Assembly (NCBI GenBank): GCA_030390025.1
Contig: CM059431.1
Location: forward strand, 149,732,001 to 149,796,000
Length of the DNA stretch: 64,000 nucleotides
Origin: Squalus acanthias
Taxonomy: Eukaryota
Direction: 5' to 3'
The notes beneath the pieces are model-generated. The model did not search any database, was not told the origin of the DNA, and saw only the letters and a program-made list of their open reading frames with translations. The position numbers were made by a program, and so were the translations under genes. Below are positions 38,061 through 48,432 of the stretch, one piece after another (the first letter of the stretch is position 1; every line of letters begins with the position of its first letter).

Positions 38061-39155
38061 CAAAGAGAGGGATTGAAAAAATATTAAGAAGTTAAATCAA
38101 GGAAAACCCACAATGTTTTATAAATAAATAAAGAGTAAGAGGATAATTAAGGACAGAGTTGGGCATATTAGAGACCAAAAAGATAACCTGTGTGTGGAGG
38201 CGGAAGACATGGGTGTGGTTCTAAAGGAATACGTTGTGTCCGTCTTCACAGAAAAGACGGAGAATGCAGACATTGTATTTATCGAGGAAGTATGTGAAAT
38301 ATTAGATGGGATTAGCATAGAGAGAGAGGAAGTATTTAGAGGTATTGCATCTTTGAAAGTAGATACATCGCAAGGCCGGATGAAATGTATCCCAGGCTTT
38401 CAAGAGAGGCAAGAGAAGTTTGTCTCTGAGTAATTTGATTGCATTTTATGAGGAGGTAACGAGGACGGTTGATGACGGTAGTGCATTAGTTGTAGTCAAC
38501 ATAGATATTAGCCAAGGCCTTTGACAAGATCCCAAAAGACAGGTTGGTCAAAAAAATAAAAGCCCCTGGGATCCAAGGAAAGTGGCAAGTTGGATCTAAA
38601 ATCGGCTCAGTGGCATGAAGAAAAGGGTCGACGGGTGTTATTTCTGACTGGGAGGCTGTTTCCAGTTGGGTTCTACAGGGCTCACTACCAGCTCCCTTTG
38701 GTTCTTGTGGTATACATTGTGGAGCTCAATGTAGAGAACATGATTAATATGTTTGCAGATGATACAACATTGGCCGTTTAGGTGGATAGTGAGGAAGAAA
38801 GCTGTAGACTGCAGGAAGATATCAATGGACTGGTGAGGTGGAAAGAAAAGTAGCAGATGGAATTCAATCCGGAGAAGTGGGGACAGTTCACAAGGCAAGG
38901 AAATGCACAATAAATGACAGGATACTGAGTTTTGCAGAGGAACAGAGGGGCTTTGAACTGCATGTCCATAGATCCCAAAAGTTAACAGGACAGGTAGATA
39001 AGGTGGTTAAGAATGTATACAGGCTACTCCCCTTTATTAGCCGAGGCACACAATATAAGAGCAGAGAGGTTATGCTAGAAAAGTATAAAACACTAGTTAG
39101 GCCACAGCTAGAATACTGCGTACAGTTCTGGTCACATTACAGGAATCTGTGTTTG
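38060..39155 (+). mobile_element. Degraded CR1 ORF2, left of provirus B insertion
   Basis: MFADDT, LVRPQLEYCVQFWS; continues at 51892 (ALERAQWRFTRMLPGL). Confidence 0.85.
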
Positions 39156-40796
39156 TGTAAGGGATTCTGCCCCTGCGTGTCTCGCAGCCTGTGAGATTCA
39201 CGCGGCTCTGTGCAGCCTGTATGTCAGTGCGGGTTTAGGCCTTGTTGCCTGTTCTGGTCTCCAGCCAGTCTGGGAGCACTAGACACACCTGTGAGTGGTT
39301 CGAATCACTCGCCCTTACGGTTCTAGACACTGGACTTAGATGCGAGAGCAGTAATGGAGATGAAACTCATGTAGACTCGGTTGAATGGTACGAAATGGAA
39401 AATCTTTATTGCATGATATTTAAGATTACGAAATACATGTCATAAGCACAGATTAATGACAGTACAATCTTACAAGCAGTTATATAGCTGATCCTAGGGA
39501 AACGAGGAACGAACGACACACCGTAAATAGGGGCACACATTACAAGTATCCTTAATACTTAAACCCTCCCCTATCAATATCTGTCCTAGCTAGATTCGTA
39601 GGATTTCGAGACTCATGCTCACCACTCGTGATAACTCGGAGAAATTCCGAATAGCTGATCGGATGTTTTTCACCGCAGCACCCACGTGTCGGTCAGGAGG
39701 TCTCCTGGTCCCACTTGTTTACTTGCTTCTGCTCCGGCTAGCAGGCTGGACCGTCTGCTGTGATGAAGATCTGTGTTTGTTGGTTTAACAGGCACTTTCC
39801 GAAGACAGCCCAGTCAATATCATCTTTGACGATCCGTTCTTGCAAGTTCAAAGAAGTCTTCCTGGCAAGGAAAACTTGGCTGTTCGACCTACAGGCACGG
39901 TCGGGATTTACTGACCGTGGCGATGAGTATGGTCTTCCTCTCTTCTCATCTCATCTCATCTCATCTCATCTCATCTCGTGCCTTTGGTTCCGATGCCAGT
40001 TACCAACATAGGTCTTCGTTACGCGACACGAGGTAGATCCGAACGGATCAGAAAGTCCAACAGTCTTTTTCAAAGAGGCACCAGGCAAGCAGGAACAAGA
40101 CTACGAGTCAGAAACAGAGGAGCAGCCACGAGGTTACGAGTCGATCGGATAAGAGAATAAGAGAAAGATGGACGGTTGGAGCTTGTAATTATAGTACAAA
40201 ATCTTCCGTTTCCCGCCCAACCTTAATGTCCTTTCTTTTGTTTGAGTTTGGCGCTCAAATGTCTTGTATGGGTGATCTCCGTTCTTAATGGGTTTCGGGG
40301 CTACTCGTAACTGTCTGAGTACCTGTTAATATTTCTCCCATTGTTAAATCGGTCGGTGTTCTCCCTGGAGGGGTTTTGGGGCTTCCAAGTGTTTTGTATA
40401 ACTACCTGCTAACGGCTCTCTCATCGTAGAGTCGTTGGGATTTTACATATTAATGTCTTTTGGATGGGCCCTTGATTACTCGGTACAATAGCTTTCATTC
40501 GTACCTGGGAGACCGATTTCAGTATTTATGTGTATACTGCAAACCCATAATGTCTCGTGTATTATCTTCACTGTGCTGAATCTTAATCGATCTTGCACAA
40601 ATGTTTATTGGAACGCCATCTTGTCTGCCTGTCGAAAAGTCTAGAATGTTCTGTCACGAGGTGCGGCGGCCATTTTACAGGCTGCTTGTGTCCACTTTGA
40701 GAAACCTGACAGCATTCTGCTGAAATAAAAGCTGTTTGAACGAGACTCTGTGTTTTCTCCTTATTAATAAAATCGCGATATATTGCGAATTCTACA
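39156..40796 (-). repeat. 3' LTR of provirus B (1641 bp)
   Basis: Near-identical to 50246-51891; minus-strand AATAAA at 39405-39410; internal (TCTCA)n. Confidence 0.97.
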
Positions 40797-40808
40797 GTCC
40801 CTCCTGTT
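40797..40808 (-). promoter_or_regulatory. Polypurine tract candidate
   Basis: Minus strand AACAGGAGGGAC directly precedes the 3' LTR start TGTAGAA. Confidence 0.6.
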
Positions 40809-41249
40809 GATGCGAATAACTCCGCTTATCGTATCAAAAATCATACTGGTGAGCAATATTATCTCGATTTCTCTCCGAATCCAGCAAATTAATCCCATAA
40901 CTTTAACCTAAATAGGGTCTCCGTGTCGTCCTTATTTCCCAACAAAATTACATTTTATATCACCGTGGGCCTTTATTTGCCCTTAAACTTACACCACTTG
41001 TTTTCCTTCCCGGCGTAACCAGGCCGATGCCTCTCGTATCACCTGTATATTCATCTTTTATTCAGGGAAAGGAAAAAACAAAACCCAAAACCAAACAATC
41101 ATTTTTAACTATAACACCATCACCAAAAATAATCAACACCAACTCTTAAAACATGTCGAGTTCCAAACGTATTTACAGTCTTTGAAAATCATTATCGAGT
41201 ACAAACTTCCGCGGCGCACGTGGCGAGCGGGAATGACGCCATTTTCCGA

Positions 41250-43601
41250 TTACACGGTGCTTTCATCGTGCACGCGCACGTAACGTTCTCGCCACTCTCC
41301 CGTGTTTTCATGCTTGGTGAGGCGTTTGTCTCTTTTACAATGTACGACCAATAGGTACACTACAATAAACACTTGACATACGACTAAAATGTGGGAGGCT
41401 ATTCTGATCCATGAAGGCACTTCAATATTGGTGAACAGATTCCACCACGGTGGAACTACTATATCCAGAATGTCTGTTCCTATTTCGACAGTTTTCTGCT
41501 CTAATGTGTAAAAATGTTTCTGTGACACCGCGACGGCTTTTAAAAGCTTGGTGAGGTGTTCAGGGAGAGGGGGAATGAGGTATCCGAAATGCGCGACGAA
41601 TCTTTGCAAGTCGGTGAAATTCTCTTTTACTGTGAGATGAACAGTGGATGGTTCAGTGATTGGGATAATTCGCTGTTGTGCTACTTGAACTTCCGCCCTG
41701 GGTTCAAAACAGAAACTGTTGTCACTCACCGGACACCGGCTACGGTTTCCATGCTGGTAGTGTTGCGCTGCAGTGGTAACACAATATGTTCCACCCCCGA
41801 TGTATGCTACCTGCGGAGGCACATGATCTTGTGACATTGCCTCCATGGTACAATTCATGGACTTGGCGCCAGTCGTTCTGAACCCGCACTGTGGTGTTAA
41901 AAAGGCATTCAAGTGCTGGGGGCACAGTATTATGTGTGCTCCCCTGCCACGACAACCAGAGAGATCTGTACCTGTCATCGTTTGCTCCCAGCGGATGACG
42001 TAAGGTGGAACCGCTGCATAACGAATGTGGGCTCCCCCCTGAATGACACCAATGTTCTCTACCCGATACACCGGGGCGGGCTTTGCTGTGTCGCCCAAAA
42101 CCGGCATGCGTAAAACTATACCCATAATGGTATGGTTTGATCGTCCGCAGTCCACGGGGACTGGGTATGCTTCTGAAGCTAGCCTGAGCTGGCACGGACT
42201 TAATGCGTTCTGAAAAGGGTGGAGCGCCCGCAGGTGTTTGTTACTTATCCAGGACGGGACCAAACCTTGTTTTAAATCCTCCAAATTACTGCGGCCCTCG
42301 CCCAGTAACCACGCCCCGTAAAGCACGCACACCTCGTTCTGCGCAGCTTGATCGGATGCATTCCGATCTTCCCTAATCAGGGCATTTACCGTCTTTGCAT
42401 GTTTCTCCAGCTCTGCTATAATTTCCTTTAAATGGAGAGTCATGGCTTGGTCCTCATGTAGACCCGACCCTACCACTTTATTCTCATCTGTTAGAATGTC
42501 TTTTAATTGTGTCTTTAAACCATTAATCTGGGTCTGCAGCTCCACACTGTCTAGAGCGTTGACCACAGATGTACCCGTGTTAAAAGCAGTGAACGCATCG
42601 TTCACCAAACCCCTTCTTTGCCTCCCTACTTGATCCAAAACTTCCTGTGGTGCGGTGTACAAACTTGTTTTATCAATTTCCGCGAAATCGAATTCGTAAA
42701 ATTGTCTGAACATCTTGGTCAACAGGACCTGATACAACTGTTCCGTCTTTTTGGGGCACCACTCTGGTAACCGCACCTCGGTGAGATTTAAAATCACCGA
42801 GGCCACCGCGTAATGTACCCCCTGAAATAGTATCTGGTCTGTGGGGACCAGTACCAAACCATTCCCGGGTCCCTTACTAGTTTTAGGGCACCCTTCTTCC
42901 TCAGCTAGAACCACCGGAATCGTGGGAGGGGCTTTGCGTGGGCGCGTAATGAGCTCAGTGGCATTTACCGGGATCGAAGAGTATGGGGCTCCGCACCCCC
43001 TGGTGCTCGCATCCCACCTCATCCCCTGTCCGTTATCCTGCCACTGATTAATGAAAAATATGGATATGCCTTTGGGGCAAGGGTATTTTGACCCCCACAT
43101 GCATACATAAATTCCCTCGTCCGGTTCCCACCATTTGTCCCAACAGACTTTCACTTGTCCGTTTGTCCCCGTAATTGTCCGATGGGTATTATTACCCAGT
43201 CGTTCCCACTCGACCGAAGAGTTCCTCATAGTTTTGCTCAGCTTTCGCAGCCACCACCATCGGCTCAATGGGACATTCCCACTACAAGTCAAACAAATCC
43301 GTTTGCCGACGGTGACGCTGATCCTGGGTGCGATGATCCTTACTTTGGGGCACAGTAAAGAAGTCTCTTGGTAGGCAAACCCCGATGTGCTAGAATACTC
43401 CGTTGAGTTCGTTCCCAGCCATCCTGGCCACCTTCCCTTGTGGAAATAGGTGCTGGTCTCCTCTGCCTCCCGTCTTCCGGTCCCATCCACCGCGATGGGG
43501 GCCGTGTCCCCGGAACATCCAAACACCACGACATCCTTGGTGCGGCCTCGATAGGCCAATCCACATCCGATTGCCGCGAGCAATACTAGAATTCGTTCCA
43601 T
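41250..43601 (-). CDS. env: Envelope / class I fusion glycoprotein (783 aa from ATG 43601) with N-terminal Ig-like domain
   Basis: Signal peptide MERILVLLAAIGCGLA; furin site RQRR (42612-42623), fusion peptide and heptad region; Cys-rich ectodomain; TM helix IASHILVVCQVFIVVYLLVV; short tail; candidate splice acceptor at ~43615. Confidence 0.93.
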   Translation of the reverse strand: MERILVLLAAIGCGLAYRGRTKDVVVFGCSGDTAPIAVDGTGRREAEETSTYFHKGRWPGWLGTNSTEYSSTSGFAYQETSLLCPKVRIIAPRISVTVGKRICLTCSGNVPLSRWWWLRKLSKTMRNSSVEWERLGNNTHRTITGTNGQVKVCWDKWWEPDEGIYVCMWGSKYPCPKGISIFFINQWQDNGQGMRWDASTRGCGAPYSSIPVNATELITRPRKAPPTIPVVLAEEEGCPKTSKGPGNGLVLVPTDQILFQGVHYAVASVILNLTEVRLPEWCPKKTEQLYQVLLTKMFRQFYEFDFAEIDKTSLYTAPQEVLDQVGRQRRGLVNDAFTAFNTGTSVVNALDSVELQTQINGLKTQLKDILTDENKVVGSGLHEDQAMTLHLKEIIAELEKHAKTVNALIREDRNASDQAAQNEVCVLYGAWLLGEGRSNLEDLKQGLVPSWISNKHLRALHPFQNALSPCQLRLASEAYPVPVDCGRSNHTIMGIVLRMPVLGDTAKPAPVYRVENIGVIQGGAHIRYAAVPPYVIRWEQTMTGTDLSGCRGRGAHIILCPQHLNAFLTPQCGFRTTGAKSMNCTMEAMSQDHVPPQVAYIGGGTYCVTTAAQHYQHGNRSRCPVSDNSFCFEPRAEVQVAQQRIIPITEPSTVHLTVKENFTDLQRFVAHFGYLIPPLPEHLTKLLKAVAVSQKHFYTLEQKTVEIGTDILDIVVPPWWNLFTNIEVPSWIRIASHILVVCQVFIVVYLLVVHCKRDKRLTKHENTGEWRERYVRVHDESTV

Positions 43602-43911
43602 CCTTCCTTGGTTCCTGTGATCAGATAGAATGAGGTAGCCAGCCTCGCAAGAGTCTCTGGCTTTTGTGAAGGGTGAGCGGGTCCCCTGACCTCGCCTCAC
43701 GTAAACTTCAACGTTCGCTGAATAAACTTTAACTAAACCTATCTTTAAAGCTCCCATCATTTTATCGTTTTCTGTTAAAAACACTACAAACTTAACCTTA
43801 TTAAAGCTATAAACTTATTCTTAACCTTGGACTATAAACTTAAACTTAAACTATGAACTTAAACTTAAAACTTATTACTGTACAGCACCGCCCGTTCCCA
43901 GGGCGGCCCCT

Positions 43912-46900
43912 TTAAATTCTGAGAAGGCTGCTGCGAGCTCTTCCCGACGGTGGGAGGGCACTGACCCTTCCCTTTGATCTGCCGCAGCCTGTTGCTGCAC
44001 TGATTCCTTCCTCTGATCTGCCGCAGCCTGTTGCTGTTGCGATGGGGCCGGGCTGTATCTGGGTTGCCTTAACCTTAAGTCTACGCCTTGGGGCAGTCTG
44101 GGGACATGACCACATCCTCCTGGGCTGGGGTTCTCTACTTGACCTACGGGGAGTTGCCATGGGCGGGGGTTCCGTGACTGACGGACCGGGTTCCGAGACT
44201 TCCATCGGGACGACCTGGGGTTCCACCACAGTCGCTGGCTCCGCCTCCGCTGACTCCGCCTCCCTAACCTCGGGGCTCGCAGTTTGTGGCTCCGCCCTGC
44301 TCGGCCCAGCAGGCGGCCCTTCACTCGTGATCTCTGCCTCCCCCGAGGACGGGACGTTCAAAGCGGGCAGCTCTGTCTCTGGGGTCCTCACCGTCACTCC
44401 CTGTGCTCCCACAGCGGCTGGCCCCGCCTCCCCTAGCTCCTCCCTCCTGTCTTCGGGACCTGCAGCTTGTGTGTCCACCCTGTGTGGATCTCTATCTGCA
44501 GCCCGTATCCTCCCTATACCTAAAATGGGACCGTTCCCCAAAAACCACTCGTCTTCATCACTATCCTCATCTGACTCGAGTTCCCGGAATTCTCCCTCAT
44601 CTGACTCCCAACCCCACAAAAATGCTTCATGATCTTCCAGGATGTCCCCTCCCCTGATGCAAGCTGCTTTGCCTGCCTGTGTGCCTTGTGGTCCGACCTG
44701 GGGCTGTGCTTCCCCACTGGCGGGGTTTACCCCTGTGGTTTTCCCTTGCACACCTGGCTTGTACAGTTTGCATTGGTTTACGTGGAACCACTTAGTGCGC
44801 CGAGGTACTTTTACGGCGTATACCATGGGACTCGCCTTGTCTACAATGTTGTAGGGTCCCATATACAGTGGTTCCAGACTCCCTACTCTGGCGTAGTTTC
44901 TGACCATGACCTGGTCTCCTACTTCCCACTCCCGCGTTTTGCGGGGTTCCAGCAACAAGCGATTGCCCTGATGCTGCCTTCCCATGTTCCCAGCCGCCTG
45001 CTCATAAACCTGCTTCAGGCGCTCCAAGAGAGTCTGGGCGAACTTGTCCCTGCTTATCTCTTGGAGCTGACCCTCAGTGAGCACCGGCGCTAGCACATGG
45101 GTGGGGGTTCGCATGAGCCTCCCAGTCATCACCTCGTGCGGGGAGTACCCCGTACTTTTTGACTGACTGGCCCGGACCCCCATGAGGACTAAAGGCAGAA
45201 CTTCCGCCCATTTTTGGGGCGAGTTCCTAGTCTCTTTCCTCAATTTCTCCTTCAGGGTCCGGTTCATGCGTTCAACAATCCCGGATGACTGGGGATTGTG
45301 TGCTACGTGCCACTTCCCTTCAATGCCCAAAAGCATGAGGGTGTTCTGCATCACCTGGCCGGTGAAATGACTCCCTTGGTCTGACTCCACAGAACGGGGA
45401 AGTCCCCACCGCGAGAACACTTCCCGGACCAAGATTTTTGCTGTACCCAGTGCCGTAGCTGTTCGACAGGGGAAGGCTTCCACCCACTTGGAAAACACAT
45501 CCACCAAGACGAGGCAGTATTTATAACCTCCCTGGGTGGTGGGCAGGGGTCCTATATAGTCGATCTGTATCGACTGCCATGGTCCCTCTACCCTTCTTAC
45601 GTGTCCCATGGGCACCTTCCTTTTCTGGGGGTCTGGGTTGTTTGCAGCGTTCACAAGACAGTTTGCACAGAACTCGCGGACTTGTTCCCTGAGCCCTGGC
45701 CACCATCCCGCTTGCTCTACCCGTTGCCAGGTAACCTCGAGCCCGGGGTGCCCTGCCCCCGGTCCCTCGTGAGCCAACTGGAGGAATTCCCTCCTGTGCT
45801 GCTGCGGCACAACCCACTGCTCCTCGCGGAACAGCATGCCTTCCTTAACTGAGAGGGTTGCCGTACTGTACGGACCTTCTACCTGCCTCCCCTCAGCAAT
45901 GTTTTTTAGGACTGCTTTTAGGGCGGGATCCTGGGTTTGGACGGTCTTAAGGTCTAGGGGCAATGCTACCCTGGTGTTCCCGGGATTCCCGTCCCTGCCT
46001 TGGATCGCTGCTATGGGTCTGGTCCCATAGGGGTCCCAGAAAATGCCGTTGCGGGCACCTTCCCTGGCTAGCGCATCCGCCTGCTGGTTGCCCTCCCCAC
46101 GGGGCTCTGTGGAGGAGTGAGCTTTCACCTTATGGATGAAAATCTCTCCTTCCTCCCCTACTGCTGCTGCTAAGATCTTTTCCAGCAAGGGCTTCACCGT
46201 TAAAGGTCGCCCGTCCGCGGAGGTGTATCCACGGCGGGACCAAATGGCCAGGTATTCCGTACACGAATTGCAGGTGAACATACTGTCCGAGCAAATCGTG
46301 TATGGGGTTGGGAAAATGTCTGGGTGGGTAACAACGTACACCACGGCAGACAGCTCAGCCTGCTGCGCGCTCATGGTGCTGGGGAGCTTGATCGCCAGGG
46401 CAAGGTTTGCCGCAGGGTCATAAACTCCACACCCCATGAGTCGTTCGCCAGCAGATACTGTGCTAGACCCATCAACATAAATCTCGCGCCCAGTGGGATG
46501 TATCCCGGCCCGTAAACCTATGTTGACGTCCCACTCCCCTTCCACCGAACACCGGTGGGCTGTACCGGGGTATACCAAATTGGCCGCAAGCCTGGGCTCG
46601 CAAAGACCTTTTACTTTAAGATCCATCTGGGAAAGAAGAAGGGTCCAGCGCGCAATGCGCACGCTGCTTACGGTCCCATCTTTAATCGTCCCATCTAGAA
46701 GCATCTTAGTTGGTGTGTAATGTGTGAGGAGAGTGATGGGAGAGAGCCCTGTGAAGATCGCTGATCTTTTCACAGCCCAATGCGTGGCTAAAAGGTGCCT
46801 TTCGCAATTGGAGAAACTTCTCTCCACATCCGTTAACACCCTGGATGAATAGACAACCGGCCTCAGCTTGCCGTGACGCTCTTGGAGCAGCACAGCGCTC

Positions 46901-48432
46901 AAGCTGTCTCCGCTGGCAGCTACCTCCAGGAAAAACTCCTTCCCCCCATCTATGGCCCCTAAGGCTGGCGCGGTCTGCAGATCCCTTTTTAACTTCTCGA
47001 AGGCTGCTTGGCAGCCCTCGTCCCAAGACCACTCCACCCCCTTATGGAGGAGTCGGAGGAGCGGCGCTGCTGTGGCCGCATAGTCTTCGATAAAGTCCCT
47101 GCAGTAACCGCTCAGTCCCAAGAAGGACCTCACACCCCTTATGTTGTTTGGAATCGGTAATTCTTGCACCGACTCCCTCCTCGCTTTGTCTATGGCTCTT
47201 TCCCCAGCGCGTATGGTCAGTCCCAGGAATTTTACTTCCCGCTGACCGATACGTGCTTTCTTAGGATTTATTTTAAAACCCTTTCTCGCTAGCAGCTCCA
47301 ATAACTCGTCCAGTAGTGGTCCATGCTCCTCCCTTGAGTCCGTAAATAGGAGCAAATCATCCACGTACTGCACTATCTGATTGGGCTGACTAAACTCCTT
47401 TAAACTTCCTGCCATACACTGATGGAAAATACTGGGGCTATTGTGGAAACCCTGTGGCAGACAGTTCCATGTGTACTGTTGTCCTTTGAAAGTAAAGGCA
47501 AACTTGTACTGGTCCTCTCGCCTCAGCGGGATGGACCAAAAACCGTTCGAGATATCCAGCACCGTGAACGTGGTCGCGGACGCTGGGATGCTCCCTATTA
47601 GGTCAGCAACTGCTGCTACCGTGGGCGCGCAGGCGGGAATGTTACTGTTAAGGACTCTGTAGTCCACCGTGGCTCTCCACGAATTATCCGGCTTCCTAAC
47701 CGGCCATAATGGGGAGTTCACGTGTGTGGCTATCGGCCTCAACATGCCCTGCTGCACCAAGGAGGACATTGCTGTCTCCATATCGGGTTCTGCTTCTTTG
47801 GGGAAGTTATACTGCTTTTGGGGTCGGGTCATGGGGTCCCCATCTACGCTGACCTCAAACCCGATAACCCTCCCACAATCGTGCTTGTGGGTTGCAAACG
47901 CGTGCATATTATCTGACACGTACGTTTGCATGTCCGTTGGGACATCTGCGACCATAAGCCTGAGGTCGTAGCCTCCGGATGGCTGTACGGTACACAGGAC
48001 CCCTGTTTCTTCCTCCCCCGGACTCACTACGACCTCGCCTTTTTCACCCTTAGCCCCCCAGAGACAGTGATTTCTGAGGTCCACGAGGATCCCGTGTCCC
48101 GATAGAAGATCAGACCCGAGAATACCTCTTCCACCCCCCTCCTGCCATTCCATCAGTATACACTTCCACTTAAGGTGAAGTGCTCCCAAACGAATGGATA
48201 GCGGAAGGGAGAACGCGCCAGCCTGTTCTTTTCCTGTGAACCCCGCTAACGTGAATGGGACCCTGGTAGATAGCGGCGAGTCAAAAGGGCTATCTGTATG
48301 GATTATGGTGCAAGAAGCTCCCGTGTCCAACAAATACCTACCCCTCTGTTTCTCTACCTCCATCTCCACCAAAGGTCGCTTCCACGCATCATAGCTAAGC
48401 GGACACAGGTAGACGGGCTGCGCGGGTTCTAG
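43912..48432 (-). CDS. pol: Pol polyprotein (protease, RT, tether, RNase H, integrase, low-complexity tail), in frame with gag
   Basis: LLDTGAS; LPQGFHNSP; YVDD (47356-47367); IYVDGSS/AQQAEL/SDS/GNQQADALA; H-H-C-C; QIDYIGP/SDQGSHF/VERMN; no internal stop. Confidence 0.97.
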   Translation of the reverse strand, partial: LEPAQPVYLCPLSYDAWKRPLVEMEVEKQRGRYLLDTGASCTIIHTDSPFDSPLSTRVPFTLAGFTGKEQAGAFSLPLSIRLGALHLKWKCILMEWQEGGGRGILGSDLLSGHGILVDLRNHCLWGAKGEKGEVVVSPGEEETGVLCTVQPSGGYDLRLMVADVPTDMQTYVSDNMHAFATHKHDCGRVIGFEVSVDGDPMTRPQKQYNFPKEAEPDMETAMSSLVQQGMLRPIATHVNSPLWPVRKPDNSWRATVDYRVLNSNIPACAPTVAAVADLIGSIPASATTFTVLDISNGFWSIPLRREDQYKFAFTFKGQQYTWNCLPQGFHNSPSIFHQCMAGSLKEFSQPNQIVQYVDDLLLFTDSREEHGPLLDELLELLARKGFKINPKKARIGQREVKFLGLTIRAGERAIDKARRESVQELPIPNNIRGVRSFLGLSGYCRDFIEDYAATAAPLLRLLHKGVEWSWDEGCQAAFEKLKRDLQTAPALGAIDGGKEFFLEVAASGDSLSAVLLQERHGKLRPVVYSSRVLTDVERSFSNCERHLLATHWAVKRSAIFTGLSPITLLTHYTPTKMLLDGTIKDGTVSSVRIARWTLLLSQMDLKVKGLCEPRLAANLVYPGTAHRCSVEGEWDVNIGLRAGIHPTGREIYVDGSSTVSAGERLMGCGVYDPAANLALAIKLPSTMSAQQAELSAVVYVVTHPDIFPTPYTICSDSMFTCNSCTEYLAIWSRRGYTSADGRPLTVKPLLEKILAAAVGEEGEIFIHKVKAHSSTEPRGEGNQQADALAREGARNGIFWDPYGTRPIAAIQGRDGNPGNTRVALPLDLKTVQTQDPALKAVLKNIAEGRQVEGPYSTATLSVKEGMLFREEQWVVPQQHRREFLQLAHEGPGAGHPGLEVTWQRVEQAGWWPGLREQVREFCANCLVNAANNPDPQKRKVPMGHVRRVEGPWQSIQIDYIGPLPTTQGGYKYCLVLVDVFSKWVEAFPCRTATALGTAKILVREVFSRWGLPRSVESDQGSHFTGQVMQNTLMLLGIEGKWHVAHNPQSSGIVERMNRTLKEKLRKETRNSPQKWAEVLPLVLMGVRASQSKSTGYSPHEVMTGRLMRTPTHVLAPVLTEGQLQEISRDKFAQTLLERLKQVYEQAAGNMGRQHQGNRLLLEPRKTREWEVGDQVMVRNYARVGSLEPLYMGPYNIVDKASPMVYAVKVPRRTKWFHVNQCKLYKPGVQGKTTGVNPASGEAQPQVGPQGTQAGKAACIRGGDILEDHEAFLWGWESDEGEFRELESDEDSDEDEWFLGNGPILGIGRIRAADRDPHRVDTQAAGPEDRREELGEAGPAAVGAQGVTVRTPETELPALNVPSSGEAEITSEGPPAGPSRAEPQTASPEVREAESAEAEPATVVEPQVVPMEVSEPGPSVTEPPPMATPRRSSREPQPRRMWSCPQTAPRRRLKVKATQIQPGPIATATGCGRSEEGISAATGCGRSKGRVSALPPSGRARSSLLRI

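Noticed and set aside
39293..39310. tRNA gene suggested by GGTTCGAATC
   Set aside because: Only a T-arm-like hairpin; no A-box, acceptor or anticodon stem. Reported as an LTR motif instead.
39242..40160. Short ORFs inside the provirus B LTRs
   Set aside because: Antisense to the virus, short, and shifted between the LTRs by the TCTCA indel.
43602..43784. 61-aa N-terminal extension of env in the ORF track
   Set aside because: Starts at a non-ATG codon, lies upstream of a plausible splice acceptor and the signal-peptide ATG, and is not conserved in provirus A.
44042..45093. Antisense ORFs (196 and 154 aa) as HBZ-like genes
   Set aside because: Shadow frames of GC-rich pol with no recognisable domain and no support from provirus A.
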